Source: Candidatus Bathyarchaeota archaeon (GTDB lineage Archaea; Thermoproteota; Bathyarchaeia; Bathyarchaeales; Bathycorpusculaceae). Taken from it: a DNA stretch of 64,000 nt. Where the stretch lies: contig CAVZPM010000032.1 in the NCBI GenBank assembly GCA_963777155.1, positions 1-64,000 of the forward strand, in the 5' to 3' direction. Position numbers and translations under genes: made by a program. Positions 20,533 through 30,466 of the stretch are shown here, piece by piece; positions within the stretch are counted from its first letter, which is position 1, and every line of letters begins with the position of its first letter. The notes beneath the pieces were generated by a model. It did not search any database. It had not been told where the DNA came from and was given only the letters and a program-made list of their open reading frames with translations.

Positions 20533-21257
20533 TCAATTGGTCTCTGCTTGTCTAACAGTCCTCAGCTAATTCCGCCACTAACTCTCTGGTGATTTGTCCT
20601 GTGACTCGGTTACTATTTGTGCATGCAGCACCCCGTAAACCTGCAATATCAGCACCTAAACCATAAACTTTAGCTAAATCTTGTTTTCGCAGTGAGCCAG
20701 CTAACGCAACCTCTAATCCAAAACTATGAGCTAAATCAACAAATTTTCTTAATTGCCTTAAAGTCAGATGGTCAAATAGGTTTTTGCCATCCTTAACGAA
20801 CGTATCAATCATAGCAACATCCACTTGTGACTTATGCGCTATTTCAGGAATAAGCAGCGGGTTATTGCGCCGATTTTTTCTGCATCAGCGTATCCTGCGA
20901 CTGCAACTTTAATTTTAGGGTTGCATTCTTTTGCTGCTCGATTTACGTTTTGAAGTAGAAAAACTGCTTCTTCTTGCGTTTTAATTCCGTATAGTCCCAC
21001 TTTTATGTAGTCGACGCCCAATCGATGCAGCTCCATATGCAGCTAGTGATAACTGACCCTGGAAAATTCCCAACCTCTCCCAATGTGCAGCTGACCTCCA
21101 GATTCTTTGGAGTTATTTGTTTTATCTGCCTGATAACCCATGGATAATTTGCACCCAAAGCGCCTTCCGCAGGGTTTTTTACGTCGATTATGTCAGCTCC
21201 TCCAGCGATGGCTTCCTGGGCTTCCGTTTCGTTCATTGGGCTTATGAGCAGTTTCAA
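20533..21257 (-). CDS. mfnB: (5-formylfuran-3-yl)methyl phosphate synthase MfnB (frameshifted)
   Basis: LLISP...EA..A..GGADIIDVKNP.EG.LGAN, DYIKVG, MIDT..KDG, ALAGS, G.RGAAC. Confidence 0.92.
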
Positions 21258-21720
21258 GTGAGGTCATATTGATGCGGCTACTTGATGCCTTTAAAGTTTT
21301 CCCGTTGATGCCTGTTTTCTCTATAGCGTTAACAACTCACAGACGTAGCAACCTAATATTCCTGGAACAGATTCTAATCTTTCCAATTTGTCCGAATAAA
21401 GTCTCTTAAGCAGGAAACAAAGTAATCTAGCAGATAAAGGCAAATTAGCTCTTGTCAATTCTAAATTTTAAAGAGGACAAACAATTTGAGAAACTCTTCG
21501 AGAAACACTAGTTTTTCTAACCTACTGTTTTTCGCCTTAGGTGCATACCAGCATACTTGATTATAGCTTTTATGCAGTAACCTTATGGGTTATTGGGTCA
21601 GCAATGCTAAACGTCTCATTTTCTTATTTCACACAAAAGATTCAGAATAAAATAATCGTGGATTTAAGCATGTAGATAGGTTTTTCTATTGGCAAATTCA
21701 ATCTTGGATAGGTTTAACGT

Positions 21721-22452
21721 TTGAAAATAATCCCGTCATCGACATCTTAAACGGAAAAGTTGTTCACGCAGTCAAGGGTCAAAGGCACAACTACCAACCT
21801 ATAGAGAGCGTCCTCTTCAAGTCAACAGAGCCCTTGGAGGTTGCTAAAGGTTTAGAAGCCCTCGGCTTTAATGAGCTATACGTGGCTGATTTGGATGCCA
21901 TTATCGATTGCTCCATGAATTTTCAGACGTTAAAAAATATCGCCGATGAGACTGGTCTAAAATTAATGGTTGATGCAGGCATAACAAGCATCCCAAGAGC
22001 CAAAAAACTCCTCGATATAGGAATATCGAAACTTATCATCGGTACAGAGACCTTGCAGAGCAAAAAATTTGTTGAACAAGCTGTGGAGATTTTCGGAAGC
22101 GACCGAGTTGTTGTTAGTCTGGATTTGAAGGGTGAAAAAGTTCTTGTTAAATTAGGGTTTGATGGATGCCTAAGCCCCATTTGTTTTCTGCAAGACTTCA
22201 AAAGAATGGGTGTTTCTCAGGTTATTGTTTTGGATTTGGCGCGGGTTGGCAGTGACGAAGGCGTTAAACGTTGATTTTCTCAAGAAAGTAATCGCGGAGG
22301 TTGGCGTCGATGTCTTTGTTGGCGGCGGTGTTCGAGACATCAATGATTTGGTTGAACTGAGAAATCTTGGGGTTTCTGGCACTTTGATTGCAACTGCCTT
22401 GCACACTGGAAAAATCTCAATCGACGCGTTAAGGCAGGAAGGCTTTCTTTAA
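21721..22452 (+). CDS. HisA/HisF-related TIM-barrel protein (frameshifted at both ends)
   Basis: MKIIP-VIDILNGKVVHAV.G, LYVADLDAI, IGTET, SLDL, LDLARVG, GGGVR. Confidence 0.82.
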
Positions 22453-22455
22453 CGT

Positions 22456-23175
22456 TTAATCAAGTTTTGCCAAGCACACAATTCCACCCAATTGTGTAAG
22501 TCGTACGCCTGCATTTGACTCAGCATCTATCACTCGTGTTTTCACTCCGTTTCTCGCGGCAATCTGCATAAGTCTGTTCACTCGATTTTTCTGGCGGCTA
22601 CCTGCAAGATAATCATCGGTTAACAGTAAGATATTCAGGCTGAGGTTTTCCTGCTGGTTGTGGGTTTAGAATGAGGTTTTCTGCTTCTTGCAATGAGAAA
22701 CGAACCAAATTATCGGTTTGGTTAAGCGTTTTCTCAAGTATTTCAAGTAGATTTTCTGTTTCTTCAGCTGGTTTTCCTGATTAATTGTTTGAAAGGATGT
22801 TTTTGTTAAGGCAGCCACTTGTGATGGAGCACTTGCGGAACCCGTTATCTGCGAGAAGGAGGCTTTGTTTGTGCCTTGAAAAAGCCATGAGTGGTGGGCT
22901 TTGATGTGGCTAAGGAATTCCTGTGCATAACTGGTTCGGGGTGGCGAGGCTACAATTATGCTTCTTACGCCCTCTTTTAGGACAGGTCTTAATGCATTAA
23001 TGATGGTTTCATGGAAGCGTAGAGGGCTTTTTGGTCTTTTCTATCGCCGTTTAGGAGTTATGGTTTGTTGGTGTTTGGCGACTTGGCTAAAAATCTGCCA
23101 TAATGCAGCATGATCCTGTTCTATCCCAACTAAGACTGCAACTGGGTATCCGCGTTTGTAATTTTTAGGCTTCAT
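22456..23175 (-). CDS. pelota/eRF1 domain 2-3-like paralogue, multiply frameshifted (absent from ORF track)
   Basis: Manual translation MKPKNYKRGYPVAVLVG...LKEGVRSIIVASP...KTRVIDAESNAGVRLTQLGGIVCL*. Confidence 0.65.
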
Positions 23176-23301
23176 CTGTTTCGCTCTATCATCTGTGGCT
23201 TAGGTTATTTTAGGTGTTGCTTGTTTATCTGTTTGCGCCGATAGAGCGATGAAAACGGCATGTTTATCAAACCCTAAAACCGTTTTCTTACATGTGAGTA
23301 C

Positions 23302-23635
23302 ATGAACAAAATATACACGAAAAAAGACCTTAGATGCCGAACTCAAAAAAAGCAAGAACGTACTCGCATTGTTTTATGCTTCCTGGTGCCCTTTCTGCGT
23401 AGGATTTGTACCAACGTTTGACGAAAAAGTGGCCAGCTTAGGCATCAAAAATGTGGTCCATGTACTCCTTGACGACTATGATAATCCACTCTGGGACGAC
23501 TACGACATACCTGCAGTGCCAACAATAATTTTCTTTAAAGAAGGCAAGGTTTGCAAGCGGCTTGATGCAAGGCTCGGTAGGGGATTAAGTGAAGAACGTT
23601 TTGTGACCTGGATAGAAGAGTTAAAAAGTAGTTAA
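23302..23635 (+). CDS. thioredoxin family protein (5' frameshift)
   Basis: FYASWCPFC, VPTIIFFKEG; upstream ATG at 23302 is out of frame. Confidence 0.88.
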
Positions 23636-24238
23636 TTTTAAGCCGCTAGGATTTTCAAAATTATTTTTTAGTATTTCTAAAAAGAAAAAGGATAGAAGAG
23701 GGTTTTTAGGTTGGTGGCGGTGGGGTGGTGGAGGTGTTGTGCCAAAGGGTTGTTTTGTTTGGAACACAACTGTTCCAGCCATGCGGTCGGTGTATTTCTG
23801 CATTTTGTTTCCAGGTGTTACGATCCCTACTAACCAGTCTAAGAGCAGTAATAGCCAGTAGATCTTGCTTATGTTGCGAAGGAATGCTTTGTCAAAAGCT
23901 ACTTTCCCGCCGCTTGATGTTTGAACTTGTAATCCTAGAAGCTTTTTGCCTATTGTCATTCCTCCCCAGGACACTTCAAGGATTGCGCTGTAGAGAACAA
24001 GGATTATGCCGTAGATGAACGGTAGTAGAAATACACCAGCCCACCAAGGTACGTATTGGTAGGTGAATCCGAAGACTGTTGTGGATGTGAAGAAAAGCGG
24101 TAGAATAAGCCAGTAAATTATGTATCCAACAATTCCAGTGATTACGCTATCAATTATTAATGCAATCAAACGATAGATCCAATGCATCCAGTTTATTTGC
24201 TCAATTTCTGTTGTCAATTTTTCAAAAACTCCTAACAA
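23621..24238 (-). CDS. RDD family membrane protein
   Basis: RLIALIID, G.TIGKKLLGL.V, LRN, DR.AGT.V; true stop probably near 23706. Confidence 0.88.
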   Translation of the reverse strand: MLGVFEKLTTEIEQINWMHWIYRLIALIIDSVITGIVGYIIYWLILPLFFTSTTVFGFTYQYVPWWAGVFLLPFIYGIILVLYSAILEVSWGGMTIGKKLLGLQVQTSSGGKVAFDKAFLRNISKIYWLLLLLDWLVGIVTPGNKMQKYTDRMAGTVVFQTKQPFGTTPPPPHRHQPKNPLLSFFFLEILKNNFENPSGLKLTTF

Positions 24239-24295
24239 TTCTGTTACGGCATTTGTTATTAATATGTTTCTATCAATCAGTTTAGCCTTAAGAAA

Positions 24296-24949
24296 TTAAG
24301 GCTTAAAACCACAAAGAAGCGCTATTTCAAGCCATTTCCAAGCACAGTCCACATCCACAAACCCAATCTGCCTAAGCCAGTGAAGTTGTGTTTCGACATC
24401 TAATAGCTTATTTGAGGGATCCTCGCTCTCAGGTGTCCAACCGATAGTTGCTAAGAATTTCGAGTGAAGGTTTTCGGTTGCTGAAGAGACGTGTTCCAGA
24501 TTGCAGAAGACGCCTTCAGGGTTTAGCATGCTAAATATTTCGGTGTAAAGCTGCTTTTTTCTTGGGTGAGTCAAATGGTGAATTGCCAAACTGGAGACTA
24601 CGGCGTCAAAGCTGCCCAACTCTAATGGGAGCGGCAGGCTAAAATCATGTTTAACAATCTTGACGTGTTTGTCTTTTGCGAATCGTTTTTGGGCTTGTTC
24701 TATCATGGGATCGGAGAAATCCAAAGCCACTCCCTCAACCGCAGGGTTATTCAGTTTTACAAGTGCAAGCAATCTGCCATCGCCTGTGCCTAAATCCAAA
24801 ACTCGCTTGGCACCTATTGGAATTTGATCTAAAAGCGCTTTTTCTCCTTCCGTTCGATGTGGCAATTTATCGGCTCTTGCCAAATACGCAAATGCATGTT
24901 CAATTGTTTGCCATTCACTTCGGGGCACATCTCCGTCTATCATTTTCAA
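24296..24949 (-). CDS. class I SAM-dependent methyltransferase
   Basis: VLDLGTGDG, FDAVVSSLAIHH, LNPEG. Confidence 0.92.
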   Translation of the reverse strand: MKMIDGDVPRSEWQTIEHAFAYLARADKLPHRTEGEKALLDQIPIGAKRVLDLGTGDGRLLALVKLNNPAVEGVALDFSDPMIEQAQKRFAKDKHVKIVKHDFSLPLPLELGSFDAVVSSLAIHHLTHPRKKQLYTEIFSMLNPEGVFCNLEHVSSATENLHSKFLATIGWTPESEDPSNKLLDVETQLHWLRQIGFVDVDCAWKWLEIALLCGFKP

Positions 24950-25079
24950 AGCCTTTGCTAACCTTGATAGACAGTTTTATTTTAAGGTTTTATGTGCGTG
25001 CCAGAATTCTTTTAATCAAAAAAATAAGCCTTATATCTTGTTTGTTTGCTTTATGGTGAGTTAAAGAGGATTCTAATTC

Positions 25080-25424
25080 ATGGAGTTTTGTCCAACATGC
25101 GGTTGCCGTCTTGAACCCAGAAAAAACGATGGAACTGGGTTTATGCTGTGCTGCACAAAATGCAACTTCACCAAGCAGCCAGCTGACCGAAAAACTGAAG
25201 CACGAACCGGAGCGGTCATTCAACCTAAAGCCAAACCATTCATGACAATCATCTCCGAAGAAGACCAAAAAATAAAAACCATGCAGACCATAAAAATGAA
25301 ATGCGAAAAATGCGAAAATAACGAGGTTTTTGTGTGGCAAGTGCAGACCAGAGGCGGCGACGAGGCATCTACCCAGTTTATGCGTTGCACAAAATGTGGG
25401 CATACCTTTAGAGAATACACGTAA
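25080..25424 (+). CDS. tfs: transcription factor S (TFS/RpoM)
   Basis: MEFCPTCG and QTRGGDE..T.F.RC.KCG. Confidence 0.93.
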   Translation: MEFCPTCGCRLEPRKNDGTGFMLCCTKCNFTKQPADRKTEARTGAVIQPKAKPFMTIISEEDQKIKTMQTIKMKCEKCENNEVFVWQVQTRGGDEASTQFMRCTKCGHTFREYT

Positions 25425-25504
25425 AAAGCGTTCGGTTGTCTGTATCTTTCGAAAGCTATTAAAGGTAATTACGTTATAGAGTTCAATCCGGAGAACAATC
25501 CGAA

Positions 25505-25597
25505 ATGCCGAAAAAAGAAAAACCGTTAACTAAGAAAGAGCGAGACGAGAAAAGAAAAGCAAAAAAGGCAAAGCAGAGCAAAACACAGACTAGTTAA
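25505..25597 (+). CDS. small Lys-rich protein (30 aa)
   Basis: GGAG upstream; MPKKEKPLTKKERDEKRKAKKAKQSKTQTS; followed by T-run. Confidence 0.5.
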   Translation: MPKKEKPLTKKERDEKRKAKKAKQSKTQTS

Positions 25598-25723
25598 ACT
25601 AGTCTAGAAATCAGTTTGCTCTATTCCCCTTAACGTTTTATTTTTTTTTCTTTATTTGTGTTAGGTAATTATGCCACTTGCCTTTCCAACTAATTCTTTT
25701 ATTCCATGTTTGTATTGCTTGAG

Positions 25724-25807
25724 TATGCCTATGATGAATAACACGTCAGTCTGAGAGGGGATTGGTAGTCCCAGCGATGATGTCAGTTATACGAATTCGG
25801 AGGCATA
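25724..25807 (+). ncRNA. C/D box sRNA candidate
   Basis: Terminal stem TATGCCT/AGGCATA, C box ATGATGA, D' CTGA, C' GCGATGA, variant D CGGA. Confidence 0.65.
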
Positions 25808-25857
25808 GACAACTCCTTTTTTAAGCGTAAACCCAATTAACTAACTTGAAATGCTTA

Positions 25858-25950
25858 GTGCCTATGATGACAATTGCACGAAAAGAGTTAGAGTTTCAGT
25901 TAACTCTGTCACTCTAAAAATGACTGGACATAAAATAGGTTCTGAGGCAC
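25858..25950 (+). ncRNA. C/D box (kink-turn) sRNA candidate
   Basis: Terminal stem GTGCCT/AGGCAC, C box ATGATGA, D box CTGA; internal boxes degenerate. Confidence 0.65.
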
Positions 25951-26015
25951 AAATCTGCAGTCCAAATAGGTAACGTTAATTACAATCACCCAAGCCTATA
26001 GCTATCCTGATAATT

Positions 26016-26333
26016 ATGCCCAAGACTTCTGGATTCTGGTTCATACGAGACGGCGCCAAACTCATCCAGTGCAACAAAAACGCTTTTGACAAAGCCATAA
26101 TTGAAGGAAAAAGCGTAAAGTACAGCGGTTATGCCAATAAAAAATGTGAACGCATTGCAGAAAAGCTGGAAGAATCCCGAATGGCATTTCTAGCAGATCC
26201 CAGCTTACCCTCAAAATTCCGTGCGGTCCTAAAAGATCCTCGGAATGTTTGTGAAATCCAGATAATACAGGTAGATGACCCTGAATTTTGGGTAAAAGAA
26301 TCCAAACGCCCCAAGTATCAACAATTAATTTAG
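26016..26333 (+). CDS. hypothetical protein
   Basis: Clean ATG ORF in an otherwise intergenic space. Confidence 0.65.
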   Translation: MPKTSGFWFIRDGAKLIQCNKNAFDKAIIEGKSVKYSGYANKKCERIAEKLEESRMAFLADPSLPSKFRAVLKDPRNVCEIQIIQVDDPEFWVKESKRPKYQQLI

Positions 26334-26535
26334 ACAGGAGATCTTCCGACTCTTCTGAGCAGCAGGTTAGCTACTCCAGCCACAACCAAATCAGCCAAAA
26401 CCCAAACAATATACGATATCCAGCCTAAGAGAGCCATTACTGTAAAAAGTAACAGGAGCGCTATCGCGATAGCGCCGATTGCTCTTTTTTGGTTGCGTAT
26501 TTTTTCAGGGTTAAATGATACCTTTAGCAGGCATT
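26330..26535 (-). CDS. small membrane protein (start uncertain)
   Basis: Open frame ...KIRNQKRAIGAIAIALLLLFTVMALLGWISYIVWVLADLVVAGVANLLLRRVG. Confidence 0.45.
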
Positions 26536-26659
26536 TTGGTCACTCGTATCTCAAATATCAACGGTCTCTAAAATATCTTCTAACCCATTTCGAGCAGGGG
26601 CAAAAACTGATTTTTCCCACACAAACTAAATAAATCATTTTTCCCTTTTCCCATTTACC

Positions 26660-27190
26660 TTGAACATTAAAGATGTAATCTTCCCCGATTCAGTGGGGTT
26701 CAAATGCAAGAACTGTGGAGTTTGCTGCCGAATGCAGCCACCTGACGTAAGCAAGACAGAGCAAAAACAGTTAGAAGCAAAAGGCTTCAAGAATTTCTTG
26801 GAGCCTCCTGATGAATCAGGGATCCGCTGGATCCGCAGAAAAAATGACGACAGCTGTTTTTTTCTAGGGAAAAACAATAAATGCGTAGCCTATGAGGTAA
26901 GACCAGCAATTTGCAGGCTGGAACCCTTCACCATAGTGGATTATGATTACGAGAGTAACAGTATTGAGTTGGAACTGAATTTTCCTTTTTCCTCCTGCTG
27001 CCCTGGAATCTGCGAAAAAGGAACTTTGCCTATTGAAGAAATTACGGAAGCCGCAAAAATTCTAGTGCAGAAAATTATGGCGCTAACCGCTAAAGACCTT
27101 GATCTTCCATTAACCGATAAGAGGGTTCATGTTGAAACTCGATCCAGGTTGCTGCGTCGAAGTGTTGAAGCAGCTGACCTCCAAGTATAG
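26660..27190 (+). CDS. YkgJ family cysteine-cluster (CxxCxxCC) protein
   Basis: FKCKNCGVCC, CFFL...CVAYEVRPAICRLEPF. Confidence 0.9.
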   Translation: MNIKDVIFPDSVGFKCKNCGVCCRMQPPDVSKTEQKQLEAKGFKNFLEPPDESGIRWIRRKNDDSCFFLGKNNKCVAYEVRPAICRLEPFTIVDYDYESNSIELELNFPFSSCCPGICEKGTLPIEEITEAAKILVQKIMALTAKDLDLPLTDKRVHVETRSRLLRRSVEAADLQV

Positions 27191-27399
27191 AATAGACTGG
27201 GCTAATGCTAGTTTAAATACAAATTTCCATCCGGTCACCCTGCTTTCCCCAAAAAACTATGGAGACTAACTTGTCAACCTTTACGATGTTTTATAGAGAA
27301 AATTAAAAACCAGCAATTTCTAGAGCTGAGTTTTAACTTAACAGGTAGAACAATCTTTTATTGCCTCGCTCCTAAAGTGGCGCAAAGGAGATAGCTAAT

Positions 27400-28051
27400 T
27401 TGGGTAATCGGTTTATCGATAGGTGGAAAGAAAAAGAGGAAACTCCCTCAGTTGTATCGAAGATTAAAAACATTGCCAAGCCGCAGGAAAACCTAAAAGA
27501 ACAAATCGGCGTGGTTACGCAACGGCTTGATGCCCAAACTAGAACGTTGGATGCTGCTGTCAATCGTTTTGAGATGCGGGACAAAGAAATATTTCAACGT
27601 GTCGTGAAAGCCATGACAGAAAGGGATACGGCGCGGGCAAACATATCTAGCCACGGAACTCGGCGAAATACGTAAAGTCGAAAAAATGCTCTCACATGCT
27701 TCCCTTGCCCTGCAGAGCGTTTCAATGCGGCTTAGCACAGTATCAGAAATGGGCGACCTAGTCACCATATTAAGTCCAGCCAAGGGAATGCTAAACGGCA
27801 TCCGCTCAGAAATGTGCAGTATCCTTCCAGAAGCAAGCATGGAACTTGGAAACATAGGAAACCTTCTCTCGGACATATGCATATCCACCAATCAAGGCGA
27901 CGATACCCCTGTAAATACAATAATGGCAAACGCAGATGCATTACAGATCTTGGAGGAAGCAGAAGTAGCTGCAGAGAACAAACTAAGAGAGAGAATCCCT
28001 GAAGTAGCCACGGAAGTTGCCATCAATAAACGAACCAGTTTAGAAGCTTAG
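27400..28051 (+). CDS. Snf7/ESCRT-III (CdvB-like) protein (frameshift near 27645)
   Basis: Coiled coil with RA.I.A.EL.EIRK, LAL....RL.TV.E.GD....L.PA, ILEEA. Confidence 0.8.
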
Positions 28052-28131
28052 AGAATTGAGGGTTTATTTCGGCGTTGAAACCACATCAACCTTCTAAACT
28101 TTTTGTTCTTATTTTTGTCCTATTGTCTTTA

Positions 28132-28785
28132 TTATGCAGTATAGCAGGTTTTCTTTTCAAAAGGTGTGTGTTTTTTCGAAGTAAATATTAAGTCATGTAA
28201 GGATATCAAATTTGAATCTTTTTCAAGCCGCTTTTTCATGTACGTGGAAAAATAGATATCAGTTAATTCCTGTACCTTCTTCTCATCGCTAATATATTTT
28301 AGATGTAGCAATTCATGTATTAACGCCGCTCTAGCCCTATTCCCCACGAATGTAAATAAGTAGTTTTTTCCATACTTTTTCCTGAATGCAGAACAGTAGT
28401 TGAAAGTTTTTGGATAGATGCGAATCCTGCCCCTAAAAGTGTCACATTTACCAACGATATTGAAACCGTTTTTTCTGGGAGCAGGAAAGATTTTGATGTC
28501 CACAGTATTAACGTTCTTTTCTTCAATGTTTTCTGAAATGAGCATGTGGCATAGAAATTCTTGAAAGGATGATTTTCTTAATACTTTCAAAATAAAAAGA
28601 GAATAATTTTTGTAAAAACCAAAATGCTTAGAGAAGGCAGTGTGATCGTTTTGCGGAGCTATCTTTATTTTGCTAGAGAGCAAATGATTTTGTTGCAACA
28701 TACTTATCGAAGCGTTACAATGATTCTTTGTTAACGAGAAAAACACTATTCTTGTTTGCCTTTGAAGGAGAACGCGTAAATCCAT
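28132..28785 (-). CDS. hypothetical protein with HExxH metallopeptidase motif (start uncertain)
   Basis: GKC....GRIRIYP, ALIHELLH. Confidence 0.6.
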   Translation of the reverse strand: MDLRVLLQRQTRIVFFSLTKNHCNASISMLQQNHLLSSKIKIAPQNDHTAFSKHFGFYKNYSLFILKVLRKSSFQEFLCHMLISENIEEKNVNTVDIKIFPAPRKNGFNIVGKCDTFRGRIRIYPKTFNYCSAFRKKYGKNYLFTFVGNRARAALIHELLHLKYISDEKKVQELTDIYFSTYMKKRLEKDSNLISLHDLIFTSKKHTPFEKKTCYTA

Positions 28786-28921
28786 ATGAATTAGGATAAC
28801 TTTCTAAACGGTGACTTGCAGAACATCGAATTCCTATAATCTGTCCATTTTGCGAAATCCAAACAATACGTCCCATTCGAGTGCATTGCGGGCATTGGGC
28901 TAAGTTGCCTAGGCTCACCAT
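28715..28921 (-). CDS. small putative zinc-binding protein
   Basis: CPQC...C..H; GAGGTG ribosome-binding-like site upstream. Confidence 0.55.
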   Translation of the reverse strand: MVSLGNLAQCPQCTRMGRIVWISQNGQIIGIRCSASHRLESYPNSYGFTRSPSKANKNSVFLVNKESL

Positions 28922-29167
28922 GTAGTTGCGTCACCTCTCCCGTTGTTATTCATGTAATTATTATGGTTAGTTAACTTAGGTTCAACACAATTTTTCAATT
29001 TGACTTTTAATATCAACATTTTGTTTCGCTTCTATTTTTTGAAAAGTATCCGATCACTAAACCCAAACCCACGTACAAAAGAGACTCTTCGATAGTATTA
29101 TAAGGAAACTATACTTATAAACAAATGTCTATTCCAGGAATTTCTTCACAAACATGGTTTAAGATTT

Positions 29168-29497
29168 TTACCACCAATGTTTTTTCGGTTCAATAAAAAG
29201 AATTTCAAGATTTTGAGTTAATTCGCAAACCTGATTTAGACCGTATCCTTCGACTTTAACTTCATAAACACCCTCTGGAAACTCGACTGTTACGGCACCA
29301 TTATTAGAGGTAGTCATTGAGATCATCAACGTTTTAAATGGAGTTCCATTTCTGAGATTTTCAGTCCATTGTTTGGGTGTTATTGGTCCTTTTTCTACTC
29401 TAAAAACCTTAACGTTAACATCCTGGATTGGTTTATTTCTTTGAGAGTCAACCACTTTAACAGTAAGTCTGTAAATCTTTTCCAAAACCGAAGCCAA
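29168..29497 (-). CDS. carboxypeptidase-regulatory-like beta-sandwich protein
   Basis: LTVKVVD....PI.DV.V, T..NG......EG.YEV.V. Confidence 0.6.
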   Translation of the reverse strand: MASVLEKIYRLTVKVVDSQRNKPIQDVNVKVFRVEKGPITPKQWTENLRNGTPFKTLMISMTTSNNGAVTVEFPEGVYEVKVEGYGLNQVCELTQNLEILFIEPKKHWW

Positions 29498-29827
29498 CTC
29501 TAAAATCCTCAGTATTCTCTATCTTTTTTCCAGATATTAAACGAGCATTGCCCCCAACAGTAACTGCTTGCTTTATACATACAGCCTCCACAATTAGGAG
29601 AATCAAAATATCTACGATAAACCACAAAATCCTCTCAATAAATAATACCGCAGACACGCATTTCTGTATTGCTATATCCGAGCATCACTTTGCCATTTTT
29701 TCTCTTTAGCTATCACTCGGGTATACATTGAATGAAGCCACCAAAAAAAGAACCTACAATCGTAAGCACTATGGCAACAGACGTGAAGGCTTCCAAGACG
29801 TTCACATTGAATTTGTTTCTTGAAAAT

Positions 29828-30136
29828 TTATGGATTTTGATACTTATTTATCGATTGAAAATGTTTAACTCGCGCATCAGGGTTTTGATACTGCACTTTA
29901 GGACCTTCTTTCCAAAGCGAATCGTAGACGCTCAGAAACTCATTACTTGAAAGTCGCTTTTGTTTTTGGATTTTGTTTGCAGCTTTGGCAATTATCTTGT
30001 CGTCAATACTTTTTTTATCTTTCAAAAAATCTATTACAGTGTCTCTGAACATAAAAACAACCTCATCTTCCGAAAAATCGATGTTTTCTCGATAGACACT
30101 TGGGTGTTGGAACAGGTATGCCAAAACTCTTTTCAA
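29828..30136 (-). CDS. hypothetical protein (possibly 5'-frameshifted)
   Basis: Coding-like ORF; no recognisable motif. Confidence 0.45.
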   Translation of the reverse strand: MKRVLAYLFQHPSVYRENIDFSEDEVVFMFRDTVIDFLKDKKSIDDKIIAKAANKIQKQKRLSSNEFLSVYDSLWKEGPKVQYQNPDARVKHFQSINKYQNP

Positions 30137-30466
30137 GTGCTATTTTGCATTTTTCTGCGAGGACTTCTTGGTTCTGAGTTTTGGATTCTTCAGCAATCAT
30201 TCAAATCATCTTTGATTAACGAGAAGAGGTTTTGAAATAAAAGCCGTATTTCATATCTTAGCACGTTGTCTAACAAGAATTATTCAATGTTTCAACATAT
30301 ATCGAAAAATAAATACAGTCTCTCATTGGATTAGGAAAAGCGTTACTTCTAATTTTGAGATGTTGGCTGCTTAGAGAAGATTATTAACATTATATAGACA
30401 AAGAAAATTGAAGAAACCCAGTTTTGTTTTCTTGATTGTAAAAAATGTTTGAAGGATAGCGTCTGA

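Noticed and set aside
21270-21720. Possible small membrane ORF between mfnB and the HisA-like gene
   Set aside because: Only broken hydrophobic fragments in an error-rich zone.
25738-25750. First sRNA guide pairing with RNase P RNA sequence
   Set aside because: Needs several G-U pairs and the better match is on the non-transcribed strand; likely chance.
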